A stretch of 62,997 nt of DNA, filler included, from Chiloscyllium plagiosum (taxonomy: Eukaryota), in assembly GCF_004010195.1 (NCBI RefSeq). It is 3 parts of one record of this genome, joined end to end, with 100 filler letters (N's around TTAATTAATTAA, not from the genome) between each part and the next. Parts side by side here need not be neighbours in the genome. Positions count along the whole stretch, not along the records: positions 1 to 28,860 come from NC_057717.1; 2 more parts are not named here. One strand, written 5' to 3'. How positions within the stretch are numbered: position 1 is the stretch's first letter; each line of letters begins with the position of its first letter. The position numbers and the translations under genes are program-made. Below, in pieces: positions 1 to 12,689 of this stretch. The notes under the pieces were generated by a model. The model was not told the DNA's origin. It ran no database searches and worked only from the letters and a program-made list of their open reading frames with translations.

Positions 1-109
1 CATTGTCTGGGAAGTGGTGGTGCACTCAGGGTCCAGCATGTTTGAAAGAGTAGTTTGGAATTGCCCTGTTGCTAGTTGTGTGATTACTTTGTGTGATTAC
101 TCTACTCCT

Positions 110-400
110 CGTCACGCCATCCACCCCTCGCTCCTCACCCCCTGCCCTCCTGTTCCATCTCCTACCCAACTCCTCCTACCCTCTCCTCCCATCTCTCCTC
201 CTACTCTTGCCCACCATTCTCAGCTCTCTCCTGCTCCCTCTCTCCTACAGCCCCCTCTCCACCCCTTCTTTCCTCTGCCCTGCCTCTTTCCTCAATCCCT
301 TTATCCCTGCACCTCCCCCTCCTCCACCCTCTCTTCTCCCCTCTCTCCTCGCCTCTCCCTCCCCCTCCCCTCCCCACTCTCCCTCCCCATCTCTCACATT
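110..400. repeat. C/T-rich low-complexity polypyrimidine tract
   Basis: Almost pure C/T runs (ctcctc, cccctc) next to a gap; the ORFs over it are P/L/S low-complexity artefacts. Confidence 0.85.
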
Positions 401-414
401 GAAAGATGAGGCAT

Positions 415-914
415 NNNNNNNNNNNNNNNNNNNNNNNNNNNNNNNNNNNNNNNNNNNNNNNNNNNNNNNNNNNNNNNNNNNNNNNNNNNNNNNNNNNNNN
501 NNNNNNNNNNNNNNNNNNNNNNNNNNNNNNNNNNNNNNNNNNNNNNNNNNNNNNNNNNNNNNNNNNNNNNNNNNNNNNNNNNNNNNNNNNNNNNNNNNNN
601 NNNNNNNNNNNNNNNNNNNNNNNNNNNNNNNNNNNNNNNNNNNNNNNNNNNNNNNNNNNNNNNNNNNNNNNNNNNNNNNNNNNNNNNNNNNNNNNNNNNN
701 NNNNNNNNNNNNNNNNNNNNNNNNNNNNNNNNNNNNNNNNNNNNNNNNNNNNNNNNNNNNNNNNNNNNNNNNNNNNNNNNNNNNNNNNNNNNNNNNNNNN
801 NNNNNNNNNNNNNNNNNNNNNNNNNNNNNNNNNNNNNNNNNNNNNNNNNNNNNNNNNNNNNNNNNNNNNNNNNNNNNNNNNNNNNNNNNNNNNNNNNNNN
901 NNNNNNNNNNNNNN
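415..914. other. Assembly gap (500 N)
   Basis: 500 consecutive N. Confidence 1.
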
Positions 915-1874
915 AATCTGTTGCCTCAAACCAGGGAAAGGACTCACCATGAAATGAACTAAATGGATTCTGAAACTTTCCAGACAGGAGTGTGACATAT
1001 CCATCATCTCCGGAGTGCAGTCCTCCGCTGTATCACTAGCTGACAGAAGCCCTCTGCCTGCTGAGAGGAATACAGTGGTTCTCTCTCCACGGAGGAAGTT
1101 ACAGAAATTAACTTCCAGAAATACTAGCGAACAGGGCGACAGGTGAAAATGAGCAACTACACGGAATTGGAATAAACCAAGAGTATGTTTTTGAAAATTG
1201 AATGGAATTGAAATTTGGTATTTTGCTGCATCTAATGAGCTACGTCCCAGAGTATTGAGGAGGTGGCAACAGAGCTAGTGAAAGAATTAATCATTATTCT
1301 ACAAAGCTGGTGAGATTCTGGAAAGGATCATGCAGACTGGAAAGCAGCTATTGTAAACCTAAATATTGAAAACAGGACGGAGAGAGAAAACAGTAAACTA
1401 AATCGCTTGGTGTCAGCTGTGCGAAAAATATTGGAACATTGGAACAAGGAATGTGACAACTAGACACTTGAAGAATAATGATATGATTTGGTAGCGTCAG
1501 CCTAGATTCAGGAAAGGGAAATTATATTTGATAAATATGCTGTAGTGTGTGAAGGTTGTCCGTTGTGACATTGTCAATTGAGATCCAGTGGGAGACATGT
1601 ATCTGAATTTTCAGAAAAAGTTTGATGTGATTAAATACAGGTGAGTCGGGAATGTTAGAGTCCTTGGTAGGTAGGGGTGGAATACTCTGAATGCATTCAA
1701 AATTGGATAATGGGCAAAAATGAACAGAGTAGTGTTTTTGTGTTTTCTCTGGATAGACGGCCTATGAGGTATCAGAAGGATCAGGATTGAAGCAATAGCT
1801 GTTCACAAGGTAGAAAATGGTTCAGATGTGAACTCAAATATAATGACTCACATTAATGTTTATTTAACGATGAG

Positions 1875-2408
1875 AGGGTGAGAAGTGTTTAGCGAGTTTT
1901 GTGAAGATTTGTAGCTAAGGGTGAGGTTCTGGATGAAGGTTTGCTCGCTGAGCTGCAAGGTTCACTTCCAGACGTTTCGTCACCCTACTAGTTAACGTTT
2001 TCAATGGGCCTCCGGACGAAGCACTGTTGATAATTCCTGCTTTCTATTTATGTGTTTGGACTTCTTTGGGTTGGTGATGCCATTTTCTGTGGTGATATCA
2101 TTTCCTTAATAATGCCATTTCCTGTTCTTTTTTCTCAGGGTATGGTAAATTTTGGAACATCAACAAGCCTCAAAACGACATGACCCTCTCTCACTAGTAT
2201 GCTTACATACAGATCGCATATGACTGCCTTGGCATTATGGTAGTCTACAATCCCACCAACACACTAAAACAGCAGCTAATAAACTTGAAAGACTCTATAC
2301 ATGACAACAAACAAAACTGATGTTATTTACAAAATACACTGCAAAGACTATAACAAACACTAGGTTGGGCAAACACGCAGAAAACTAGCCAAAAGAATAC
2401 ATAAACAA
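1875..2408. mobile_element. Penelope-like element fragment: inverted terminal part plus GIY-YIG region; resumes at ~3655-3745 after a CR1 insertion
   Basis: VIYKIHCKDYNKH.VGQTRRKLA-like translation at ~2320-2400; degenerate hammerhead motif at ~1968-2007 (minus); HQLATKRH continues at ~3660. Confidence 0.75.
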
Positions 2409-3650
2409 TAGACAATAGGTGCAGGAGTAGGCCATTCTGCCCTTCGAGCCTGCACTACCATCCAATATGATCATGGCTGATCATCCTTAATCAGTATCCT
2501 GTTCCTGCTTTATCTCCATAACCCTTGATTCCACTATCCTTGAGAGCTCTATCCAACTCTTTCTTAAATGAATCCAGAGACTGGACCTCCACTGCCCTCT
2601 GGGGCCGTGCATTCCACACAGCCACCACTCTCAGGGTGAAGAAGTTTCTCCTCATCTCTGTCCTAAATGGTCTACCCTGTATTTTTAAGCTGTGTCTTCT
2701 GTTTCAGCACTCACCCATCAGCGGACACACGTTTCCTGCCTCCAGAGTGTCCAATCCTTTAATAATCTTATATGCCTCAATCAGATCCCCTCTCAGTCTT
2801 CTAAACCGAAGTGTATACAAGCCCAGCCGCTCCAGTTTTTCAGCGTAAGGTAGTCCCGCCATTCCAGGAATTGACGTCGTGAACATATGCTGCACTCCCT
2901 CAATAGCCAGAATGTCTTTCCTCAAAGTTGGGGAACAGAACTGCACACAATACCCCAGGTGTGGTCTAACCAGGGCCCTGTACAGCTGCAGAAGAACCTC
3001 TTTGCTTCTATACTCAATCCTTCTTGTTATGAAGGCCAGCATGCTATTAGCCTTCTTCACTACCTGCTGTATCTGCATGGTTACTTTCATTAATTGGTGT
3101 ACAAGAACACCCAGATCTCTTTGTACTGACCCTTTACCTAAATTGATTCCATTTAGATAGTAATCTGCCTTCCTGTTCTTGCCACCAAAGTGGATAACCA
3201 TACATTTATCCACATTAAACTGCATCTGCGATGCATCTTACAACTCACCTAACCTGTCCAGGTCACCCTGTAATCTCCTAACATCCTCCTCACATTTCAC
3301 CCTGCCACCCAGCTTAGTATCATCAGCAAATTTGCTAATGTTATTACTCAAACCATCTTCTATATCATTAATATATATATTGTAAAAATCGGCGGTCCCA
3401 GCACTGATCTCTGTGGTACCCCACTGGTCACTGCCTTCCATTCCGAAATGGGAGCCGTTTATCACTACTCTTTGTTTCCTGTCAGCCAACCAACTTTCGA
3501 TCCAAGCTTGTACTTTGCCCCCAATACCATGCGCCCTAATTTTGTTCACTAACCTCCTATGTGGGACTTTATCAAAAGTTTTCTGAAAGTCCAGGTACAC
3601 TACATCTGCTGGATTTCTCTCGTCCATCTTCAGAGTTACATCCTCAAACA
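2409..3650 (-). mobile_element. CR1/HER1-type LINE, 3' part of ORF2 and 3'UTR
   Basis: ORFs 2704-3225 and 3238-3666: YLDFQKTFDKVPH, KFADDTK, LYRALVRPHL, RRLRGDLIE. Confidence 0.92.
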
Positions 3651-3978
3651 TGTACATGTACATCAACTAGCCACAAAACGACATGAACGTTTCTCACTAG
3701 GATCCTCACATAAGGAAGGATCCTTACTTCGAGATAAGGAAGGACACCTGGACAGCGAAGAAGGTTACTTCAGATTACAACAGGACCTTGTCCAGATGGG
3801 CCAATGGGCTGAGAAGTGTCAGGTAGAGAATACGTTTTGGAGAATCTCAAATGGTATGGGGCCTCTGTCAGGAGAAAAAACAGATCAAAGTTAGAGTCCA
3901 GTTAACCTGCTTCAAATCTGAAAGCAACTGGGAAATGATATTTATATCAGGAATGGTTGGAAGGGTGAGGGAATGTCC

Positions 3979-3986
3979 AGAGAGAG

Positions 3987-4056
<70 letters not shown>

Positions 4057-4072
4057 AGAGAGAGAGAGAGAG
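3979..4072. repeat. (GA)n microsatellite
   Basis: Long AG dinucleotide run. Confidence 0.97.
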
Positions 4073-4619
4073 GAAAATCAAACAAAGGTATTGCTGATGA
4101 TGAACTGGAAGGAAAATTAAATGGTAAGATATTCTAACCTGTCCACTTTTCCCATATTCCTGAATATCGTGCTCATTTTGGTGTGTCCCTGTTTAAAGTG
4201 AGTTATGTTCCCTCCGTTTCTCTTTTCTAAGTGTGTTGTCCAACTTCCTCGCTTAGTCTCTGAGGTAGAGAAACGCAATGTTACATTATCAACTGCTTCT
4301 TTGGAAAGAGCAGCTGTTATGTGGGACTGTGCAGAGATGTAACGGCTTTCCCAGCCAGGAAGAGAAACATATTCAATGGGTGCACCATGTGCGTGGGGAT
4401 TTGACTTGTTCCTGACATTGGAAATACAGTGGAGTGTCTGTGGATGATTTTCTTAGGTTAGTGTTGTTAGCTGCTGCGTTCATCCAGGGAGACCTGAAGG
4501 TCTGGTGACCCTAATCTGGACACTGCATTTACAGAGTGACTGTGTCCATGGTTAAAAAAAGAACCGAGTATTTTATTACTCTAGTTCACGTCGGCAGAAG
4601 GATTGACGAACTGTTCCGT

Positions 4620-5740
4620 GTTCGAAATACATTAAGGTGGAAAAGTCCCCGGTTCTGAAAGGGATTTACCTCAGGTTACTGAGAGAAGCGAAAGAGGAAA
4701 CAGCTGGTGCTCTAACAGATATCTTTTGAACACGGGTGTGGTCCCAGAGGTCTGGAGAATTGCTAATGTTGTTCCCTTGTTTAAGGAGAGTAGCAGGGAT
4801 AATCTTGGTAATTATAGACCGGTGAGCCTGACGTCAGTTGTTGGGAAGCTGCTGGAGAAGATACTGAGGGATGGGATATATACCCGTCTGGAAGAAGATG
4901 TGCTTACCAATGATAGGAAATATGGTTTATGTCGGAAAGACAATGTCTTTCAAATCTAATAGAATTCTTTGAAGAGGTGACAACGTTGATTGATGACGGA
5001 AGCGATGCAGATGTCATACACATGGTCTTTAGTAAGGCGTTTGATAAGGTTCCCCATTGAAGGTTGATGGAGAAGGTGACATCGCATGGGGTCCAGAGTG
5101 AGGTAGCTCGATGTATAGATAACTGGCTGGGCAACAGGAGACAGAGTTGGAGTGGAAGGGAGATCTCAAAATGGAGACACGTGACTAGTGGTGTTCCACA
5201 GCAATCCACGTTGGGACCACTGTTGTTTGTGATATACATAAATGATTTTGAGGAAGATGTTGGTTGCCTCATTAGCAAATTTGCAAATGACACTAAGATT
5301 GGTGGAGTAGAAGATAGTGTAGGGAATTGTCAGAGAGTACAGTAGAATATAGATAGATTGTAGAATAGGACAGAGAAATGGAAGATTGAGTTCAGTTCGG
5401 AAAAATGTGAGGTGATGCATTTTGGAAGATCCAATTCAAGAGCGAAATACACAGTAAAAGGAAAGTCCTGTGGAAACTTGATGTACAGAGAGATCTGGGA
5501 GTTCAGGTCCATTGTTTCCTGTAGGTGCCAATGCAGGTTAGTAAAGTCGTCAAGAAGGCATACAGCATGTCTTCCTTCGTTAGAAGGAGTATTGAGTACA
5601 AGAGTTGGTAGGTCATGTTACAGTTATATAAGACTTTGGTTCGGCCACATTTGGAATACTGCATACAGTTCTGGTCGCCACATTACCAAAAGTATATGGA
5701 TGATTTGGAGAGGGTGCAGAGGAGGTTAACCAGGATGTTA
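4620..5740 (+). mobile_element. CR1/HER1-type LINE RT fragment, interrupted by a Penelope insertion
   Basis: WRIANVVPLFK..NYRPVSLTS, GVPQQSTLGPLLF, KFANDTK, LVRPHLEYC. Confidence 0.92.
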
Positions 5741-6115
5741 GGTAAAAACAAGGACGGCAGATGCTGGAAACCAGAGTCTAAATTAGAATGGTGCTGGAAA
5801 AGCACAGCCGGTCAGGCAGCATCCGAGGAGCAGGAAAATCGATGTTTCGGGCAAACACCCTTCATCAGGAAAAGAGGCAGGGTGACTGCAGAGTGGAGAG
5901 ATAAATGAGAGGGGGATGGGGTTGGTGAGAAAGTAGCATACAGTGCAATGGTGAATGGGGATGGAGGTGACAGGTCAGAGAGGAGGGCGGGGTGGATAGG
6001 TGGAAAGGAAGATAGGCGGATAGAATAGGTCATGGGATGGTGCTGAGCTGGAAGCTTGCAACTGGGTGAGGTGGGGGAAGGGGAAATGAGCAAACTGGTG
6101 AAATCCACATTGATG
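5741..6115 (-). mobile_element. Penelope-like element 3' terminal part (truncated duplicate of 7411-7786)
   Basis: Near-identical to the start of the 7411-8469 element; contains hammerhead motif. Confidence 0.85.
5839..5870 (-). ncRNA. Minimal hammerhead ribozyme motif (Penelope-associated)
   Basis: Minus strand reads TC-CTGATGA-A-GGGT-GTTT-GCCC-GAAACATC-GA: CUGAUGA core, stem II, GAAA; the ACGU palindrome has decayed to ACAU. Confidence 0.7.
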
Positions 6116-6577
6116 TCAACTGGTTCTTTGGAGGAAGGAACTGTAAACGTGGAACTGTAGCAGAGATTTTATTTCTTTCTGGTAAGAAGATAAACATTTT
6201 CAACACTGAATGGGTGCACTGTGTGTGTGAGGATTTGACTGCTCCTTACAGAGTAAGGGGAGATTCTGTGGACGCTTGACTGGGGTTTGTGTTGTCAGAT
6301 GCTGCATCCATTCAGACAGACCAAAGGGTATATTGAACCCATTCTGGACAAGATATGGGCATTGCATTTACAGAGGGTTTGGGACCATGGCAAACAAATA
6401 GAGCTGAGACTACACAGAAACGAAGTTCCATACACGGGGAGGGGCAGGGCATGCACGATACACTCTGAGATTTCCAGGAGAATTTGTCTAAACTGGACCA
6501 ATCCCAAGTGTAAAACGTGAAACGCAGCGTCTTTCAAAAGTGAAGTGTTCACTGAGCTGTATCCACTCCTTCAATAT

Positions 6578-7786
6578 AATCTGTTGCCTCAAACCAGGGA
6601 AAGGACTCACCATGAAATGAACTAAATGGATTCTGAAACTTTCCAGACAGGAGTGTGACATATCCATCATCTCCAGAGTGCAGTCCTCCGCTGTATCACT
6701 AGCTTACAGAAGCCCTCTGCCTGCTGAGAGGAATACAGTGGTTCTCTCAAACCATCTTCTATATCATTAATATATATATTGTAAAGATCTGCGGTCCCAG
6801 CACTGATCCCTGTGGTACCCCACTGGTCACTGCCTTCCATTCCGAAATGGGAGCCGTTTATCACTACTCTTTGTTTCCTGTCAGCCAACCAACTTTCGAT
6901 CCAAGCTTGTACTTTGCCCCCAATACCTTGTTGGTTGCCTCATTAGCAAATTTGCAAATGACACTAAGATTGGTGGAGTAGCAGATAGTGTAGGGAATTA
7001 TCAGAGAGTACAGTAGAATATAGATAGATTGTAGAATAGGACAGAGAAATTGAAGATTGAGTTCAGTTCGGAAAAATGTGAGGTGATGTATTTTGGAAGA
7101 TCCAATTCAAGAGCGAAATACACAGTAAAAGGAAAGTCATGTGGAAACTTGATGTACAGAGAGATCTGGGAGTTCAGGTCCATTGTTTCCTGTAGGTGCC
7201 AATGCAGGTTAGTAAAGTCGTCAAGAAGGCATACAGCATGTCTTCCTTCGTTAGAAGGAGTATTGAGTACAAGAGTTGGTAGGTCATGTTACAGTTATAT
7301 AAGACTTTGGTTCGGCCACATTTGGAATACTGCATACAGTTCTGGTCGCCACATTACCAAAAGTATATGGATGATTTGGAGAGGGTGCAGAGTAGGTTAA
7401 CCAGGATGTTAGGTAAAAACAAGGACGGCAGATGCTGGAAACCAGAGTCTAAATTAGAATGGTGCTGGAAAAGCACAGCCGGTCAGGCAGCATCCGAGGA
7501 GCAGGAAAATCGATGTTTCGGGCAAACACCCTTCATCAGGAAAAGAGGCAGGGTGACTGCAGAGTGGAGAGATAAATGAGAGGGGGATGGGGTTGGTGAG
7601 AAAGTAGCATACAGTGCAATGGTGAATGGGGATGGAGGTGACAGGTCAGAGAGGAGGGCGGGGTGGATAGGTGGAAAGGAAGATAGGCGGATAGAATAGG
7701 TCATGGGATGGTGCTGAGCTGGAAGCTTGCAACTGGGTGAGGTGGGGGAAGGGGAAATGAGCAAACTGGTGAAATCCACATTGATG
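6578..7786 (+). repeat. Recent local duplication; mosaic copy of 915-1085, 3350-3528 and 5258-6115
   Basis: Direct near-identity of the three blocks at offsets 5663, 3399 and 1671. Confidence 0.95.
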
Positions 7787-8469
7787 CCCTGGGGTTGAAG
7801 TGTTCCATGGAGGCAGTTGAGCCGTTCTTCCTCCAGGCGTCGGGTGGTGAGGGAGCAGCGGTGGAGGAGGCCCAGAATCTGCTTGTTCTCGGCAGACTGG
7901 GAGGGGGAGTTGAAATGTTGGGCAACAGGGCGAGGGGTATGATTAGTGCGGGTGACCCGCAGCTGTTCCCTAAAACGGTCTGCTAGGAGGCGTCCAGTCT
8001 CCTCAATGTAGAGGAGACCGCATTGGTAGCAACGGATACAATAAATGATATTGGTGGATGTGCAGGCAAAACTTTGATGGATGTGGAAGGCTCCTTTGGG
8101 GCCTTGGATGGAGGTGACGGAGAAGGTGTGGTGCACATAGTTTGCAATTTCTGCGGAGGCAAGGGATGGTGCCAGGAAGAGAGGGTGAGTTGTTGAGGGG
8201 CGTGGACCTGACAGGTAGTCACGGAGGGCATGGTATTTACAGAAAGCAGGAATGGGTGGGGTGGGAAATATATTCCTAGTGGTGGGGTCCGTTTGGAGGT
8301 GGCTGAAATGTCGTCAGGTGATTTGAGTTACGTGAAGGTTGGTAGGGTGAAAGGTGAGCACGAGGGGTTTTCTGTCCTTGCTCCGGTTGGAGGGGTGGGG
8401 TTTGAGGGCGGAGGTGCGGGATGTGGATGAGATGCTTTGGAGGGCATCTTTAACCACATGGCTTAATCC
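7411..8469 (-). mobile_element. Penelope-like element (probably Neptune-type), GIY-YIG endonuclease C-terminus plus 3' repeat
   Basis: ORF 7483-8136: FACTSTNIIYCIRCYQCGLLYIEETGRLLADRFREQ...VAQHFN...EEERL..GTLQPQGINVDF; inserted in a CR1 with TSD ccaggatgtt (7401-7410 / 8470-8479). Confidence 0.9.
7510..7541 (-). ncRNA. Minimal hammerhead ribozyme motif (duplicate of 5839-5870)
   Basis: CTGATGA-A-GGGTGTTTGCCC-GAAACATC on the minus strand. Confidence 0.7.
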
Positions 8470-8935
8470 CCAGGATGTTTCCTGGTATGGAGGACGTGAG
8501 CTATGAGGAGAGGTTGAAGAGATTAGGATTATTTTCATTAGAAAGAAGACAGTTGAGGGATAATCTGATTGAGGCCGACAAAGTCATGAGAGTTGCAAAC
8601 ATGGTGGATAGGAAGAAACATTTTCCCAGAGTGAGGGACTCAATTACAAGTGTTCAAGAGTTCAAAGTGAGAGGGGAGAGGTTTGATGGAGATATGAGGG
8701 AAAAAACATTCTTCACTGAGAGGGTGGCAGGTGCCTGGAGTGCGTTGCCAACGGAGGTGGTAGGGAAGGGAAGATAGCGTCATTTAAGATGTATCGAGAC
8801 AGATACATGAATGGGCAGGGAGCAAAGAGATACAGATGCTTGTAAAATAGGCGATAGGTTTAGATAGAGGACCATGAATGGCCCAGGTGTGGAGGGTGTA
8901 GGGCTTGTTCCAGTGCTGCAATTTTCTTTATTCTT
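8470..8935 (+). mobile_element. CR1/HER1 3' end (continuation after the Penelope insertion)
   Basis: SYEERLKRLGLFSLERRQLRDNLIE...FFTERVAGAWSALP. Confidence 0.9.
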
Positions 8936-11784
8936 TTTGTACAACACAGAAGTGAAGCTCTGTACACAGTGAGGAGCAGGGCACTGTAATTGTCTCCCTG
9001 GCATTGCCAGGAACTTTTGTCTAAGCAGGTGTAAAATGTGATACCATACTGTTTAAAAAACGAGCAGTGGTGACATATCCATCATCTCCGCAGTGCAGTC
9101 CTCTGATGTATTACTTGCTGACAGAAACCATCTGCCCACTGAGAGAATGCATTGGTTCTGCCTCCACAAAGTAAGGTACAGAAACAAACCAGGAAACAGA
9201 GTGACTGGAGTAAACGAGAAAGTGCAGGGAATTAGAATTATTTTTTTAAGAAGTATATCTTTGAAAATATAATCGAATTAAAGCTTGATATATTGCTGCA
9301 TCTGATGAGCTACTTCCCAGATTATTGAGGAGGTGGCAACAGAGCTACTGAAAGAATTACTTATTATTCTTCAAAGCTGGTTAGATTCTGGTAATGATGC
9401 TGCATACTGGAAAGTAGTTACTTTGAACCTAAATATTTAAAACAAGACAGACAGGGAAAACATAAAACTAAATAGTGGATATCTTGGTATCAGCTGTGAA
9501 AAAAACATTGGAACATATTATAAGAAGGTGACAACTACACACTTTGAGAATAATGATATGATTTGGCAGAGTCGGCGTAGATTCAGGAAAAGCAAATGAT
9601 CTTTGATAAATTTGTTGTAGCTTGTGGAGATTGTCCATTGTAACATCAACAATTGAGAACCATTGAGAGTGAAGTATTTGAAATTTCAGTAGACGTTTGA
9701 CATATTTGAGTACAGGTCAGTGGGGAATGAAAAATTTCATGGGTACGTGGTTGTGGCATATACACCGCATGGACTAAAAATTGGGTAATGGAGACAATGA
9801 AGGGAGTAGTGTTTTTCTCTGAGCTGAAGTCATGTTGAGTATCAGAAAGATGAGCGTTTGTGTAACAGCTGTTCGCAAGATCTTTAAATGATTCAGCTGT
9901 GAACAATAAATATAATTCTCATTTATGTTTATTAAATGGTGAGAGGTTGGGAAGTGCTGTTGTTGAAAAGGATCTGGATATCTTGGTGGTACGTCACTAA
10001 CAGAATGCATATGAAGCAGGAAGCAATTATAACTGGAAATGATATGTGCTCATTCATTCCAAATGATTAAAGTACCAGAGTAAATATATCTTTCTCAATG
10101 ATAGTGTTTTGTTGAGAGAGTATTTCGGGTATTGTTTACAGATTTGGTCTGTTTTATAAATAATGATCTCGATGTCACCAACACAATGCAAAGGATTTTC
10201 ACTGGAGTAAACCCTGAATGATGTTACCATGAGGAGAGAGAGTGCAGTAATTATGTGTTTAACCTGAAGCGCTGTGAGAGAATAAGACTAAACGTAATGG
10301 TTATGGAAGCACATTCATTATGTCGCAAACAGCTATTGACAAAGTGAGAATTTCCATACTTACCTTTGGATGCTTGATTCCCAATAGTTTACGTGCCTGT
10401 GCAGAGCCCCCATGTCAATTGACAGAGAGGTGCAGGCTCTGAATGAACTCTGAACACATTAATGTACAATTCCTGTGTGACCCTGCACTGAATGTTATGT
10501 TGTACATAATCCTGTCAGCAGCCACAATACCTTCATTCTGAAACAGTTACCCATTCCGCACCAATTCCTGACTTCCATAGAGAGCATGGGTCTGCTCTCA
10601 GAAATGGAAGATGCCTTTGAAAGCGCTTTTAAAAAGTTAGCTTCATTCCGACTGCCAGAAAACCATGCTAAGCTAACACATATGTATTACGAGTAATTAA
10701 GCCACGAGGAACAAGGTGGAGCTGTCTAACTGTGAGGACTCTGCTCCATTTGTTTGTGATGTTGGAGCATCTCTGACACCTTTCTGTTCCTGTGTGAGTG
10801 ACTTGAGAAACTGAATAATCTCTTTCTGATCCCATGTAAGTAACACGTTGGGCTGAACAAACACCTTGTCTTCCTGTGCAACAGGCAGGAGGGACTGAAT
10901 GGCCTGTCCTTCTTCTTGTGCAACAGTTTTGATGGGCTGAATGACTTCCCCACATTCTTGTGAAAACCAGATTGAGATGCTGACTGAACTCCTTTGTTTA
11001 CTATGGAAATGAGCAGTGTCTGCCAGCGTGGTTCTATGAATGTTACCGACACGTGAACAGCTCAGGCTTGAATGCTGTCCAGATCTTGTTGCACATGGAC
11101 ACAGACTGCCTCCGGAGCTGAGGAATGGCGAAGTGTTCTGAATATTGCGCCACCTAGAATGAATATCCTCACCTCGGTTCGATGTGGACTCAGTGAGCTG
11201 AATGGCCTACTTCCACACTACAAGAATTCCCCACTGACAAGCTGGAGAAGGCTGGGCTGAGGAAGCTACGCTGAAGATCTCCTGCAGTGATAACTCAAAC
11301 AGTGGAGAGTTTGCAATTGATTCTCATTAAGTGCAATTTTGGACGCGCTCCTTGATGTCATCCTCAGTCAACTACTGACCTGATACCAAGGCCAGTCGCT
11401 GTTACCTCAACCCTTGTAAACATCTCTATTGCGCATATCAATAGGTCATGGTGTTGGAGCAGCAACAGGGAGTTTTTATTGAAACAGAGGGTAGCGTCTC
11501 TCAAGAATTCTTGTTTCCAGAGAGGTAGGGAAGCTAGATCACTGAAAGATCACTGAATGGTTTTCCCTGTTTCTGTGCACCAGGTGATATTAGTAAGTGG
11601 CCTCCAACTTCTCCTGTCCAGCAGGTTTGAGGGACTGAATGGAACACAGCGACATGGGACTGACGAGCAGGAATGGGTCATTAGACACTTTGAGCCTTCT
11701 CCACCAGGCACTAAGTTTGTGGCTGATCAGGTTGTGGTCTCAGCCCCACTTTCCTGTCTGAATACCATTATCCATGACTCAATT

Positions 11785-12580
11785 AGAGACATAGAGTCAT
11801 AGAGATGTACAGAATGGAAACAGACCCTTCGGTCCAATCGTCCATGCCGACCAGATATCCCAACCCAATCTAGTCTCACCTGCGAGCCCATATCCCTCCA
11901 AACCGTTCCTATTCATATACCCATCGAAATGCCCCATAAATGTTGAAATTGTACCAGCATCCACCACTTCCTCTGGCAGCTCATTCCATACCCATACTAC
12001 CCTCTGTGTGAAAAGGTTGCCCCTTAGTCTCTTTTATATCTTTCCCCTCTCACTCTCAACCTATGCCTTGTAGTTCTGGACTCCTCGACCCCAGGGAAAG
12101 ACTTTGCCTATTTCCCCGATCAATGCTCCTCATAACTTTGTAAACCTCTATACGATCATCCCTCAGCCTCCGACGCTTCAGGGAAAACAGACCCAGCCTG
12201 TTCAGCCTCTTCGTATAGCTCAAATCCTCCAACCCTGGCAACATCCTTGTAAATCTTTTCTGAAACCTTTCAAGTTTCACAGCATCTTTCCGATAGGACG
12301 GAGAACAGTATTGTACGAAATATTCCAACAGTAGCCTAACCAATGTCCTGTACAGCAGCAACATGACCTCTCAACACCTATATTCAATACTCTTACAAAT
12401 AAAAGAAAGCATACAAAACGCCTTCTTCACTATCCTATCAACCTGCGACTCCACTTCCAAGTAGCTATGAACCTGCACTCCATGGTCTCTTTGTTCAGCA
12501 ACACTCCCTAGGAAATTACCATTAAGTCTATAAGTCCTGCTAAGATTTGCTTTCCCAAAATGTAGCACCTTCACTATCAA
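11785..12580 (-). mobile_element. CR1/HER1 LINE 3' fragment
   Basis: ORF 12056-12364 LYRTLVRLLLEYFVQ...RRLRDDRIEVYK; catagag-type tail. Confidence 0.9.
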
Positions 12581-12689
12581 GCATTTAATTAACTCCGTTT
12601 TGATGAAATATAAACAGAGAGGCACCACAAAATTCTGCGGAAGAGATTTCCCACTCAAAAGGTCCTTTTAGAAATACTCCTCATCTGTC

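Noticed and set aside
14..1007. Long ORFs at the window start
   Set aside because: They run through N gaps or C/T low-complexity sequence
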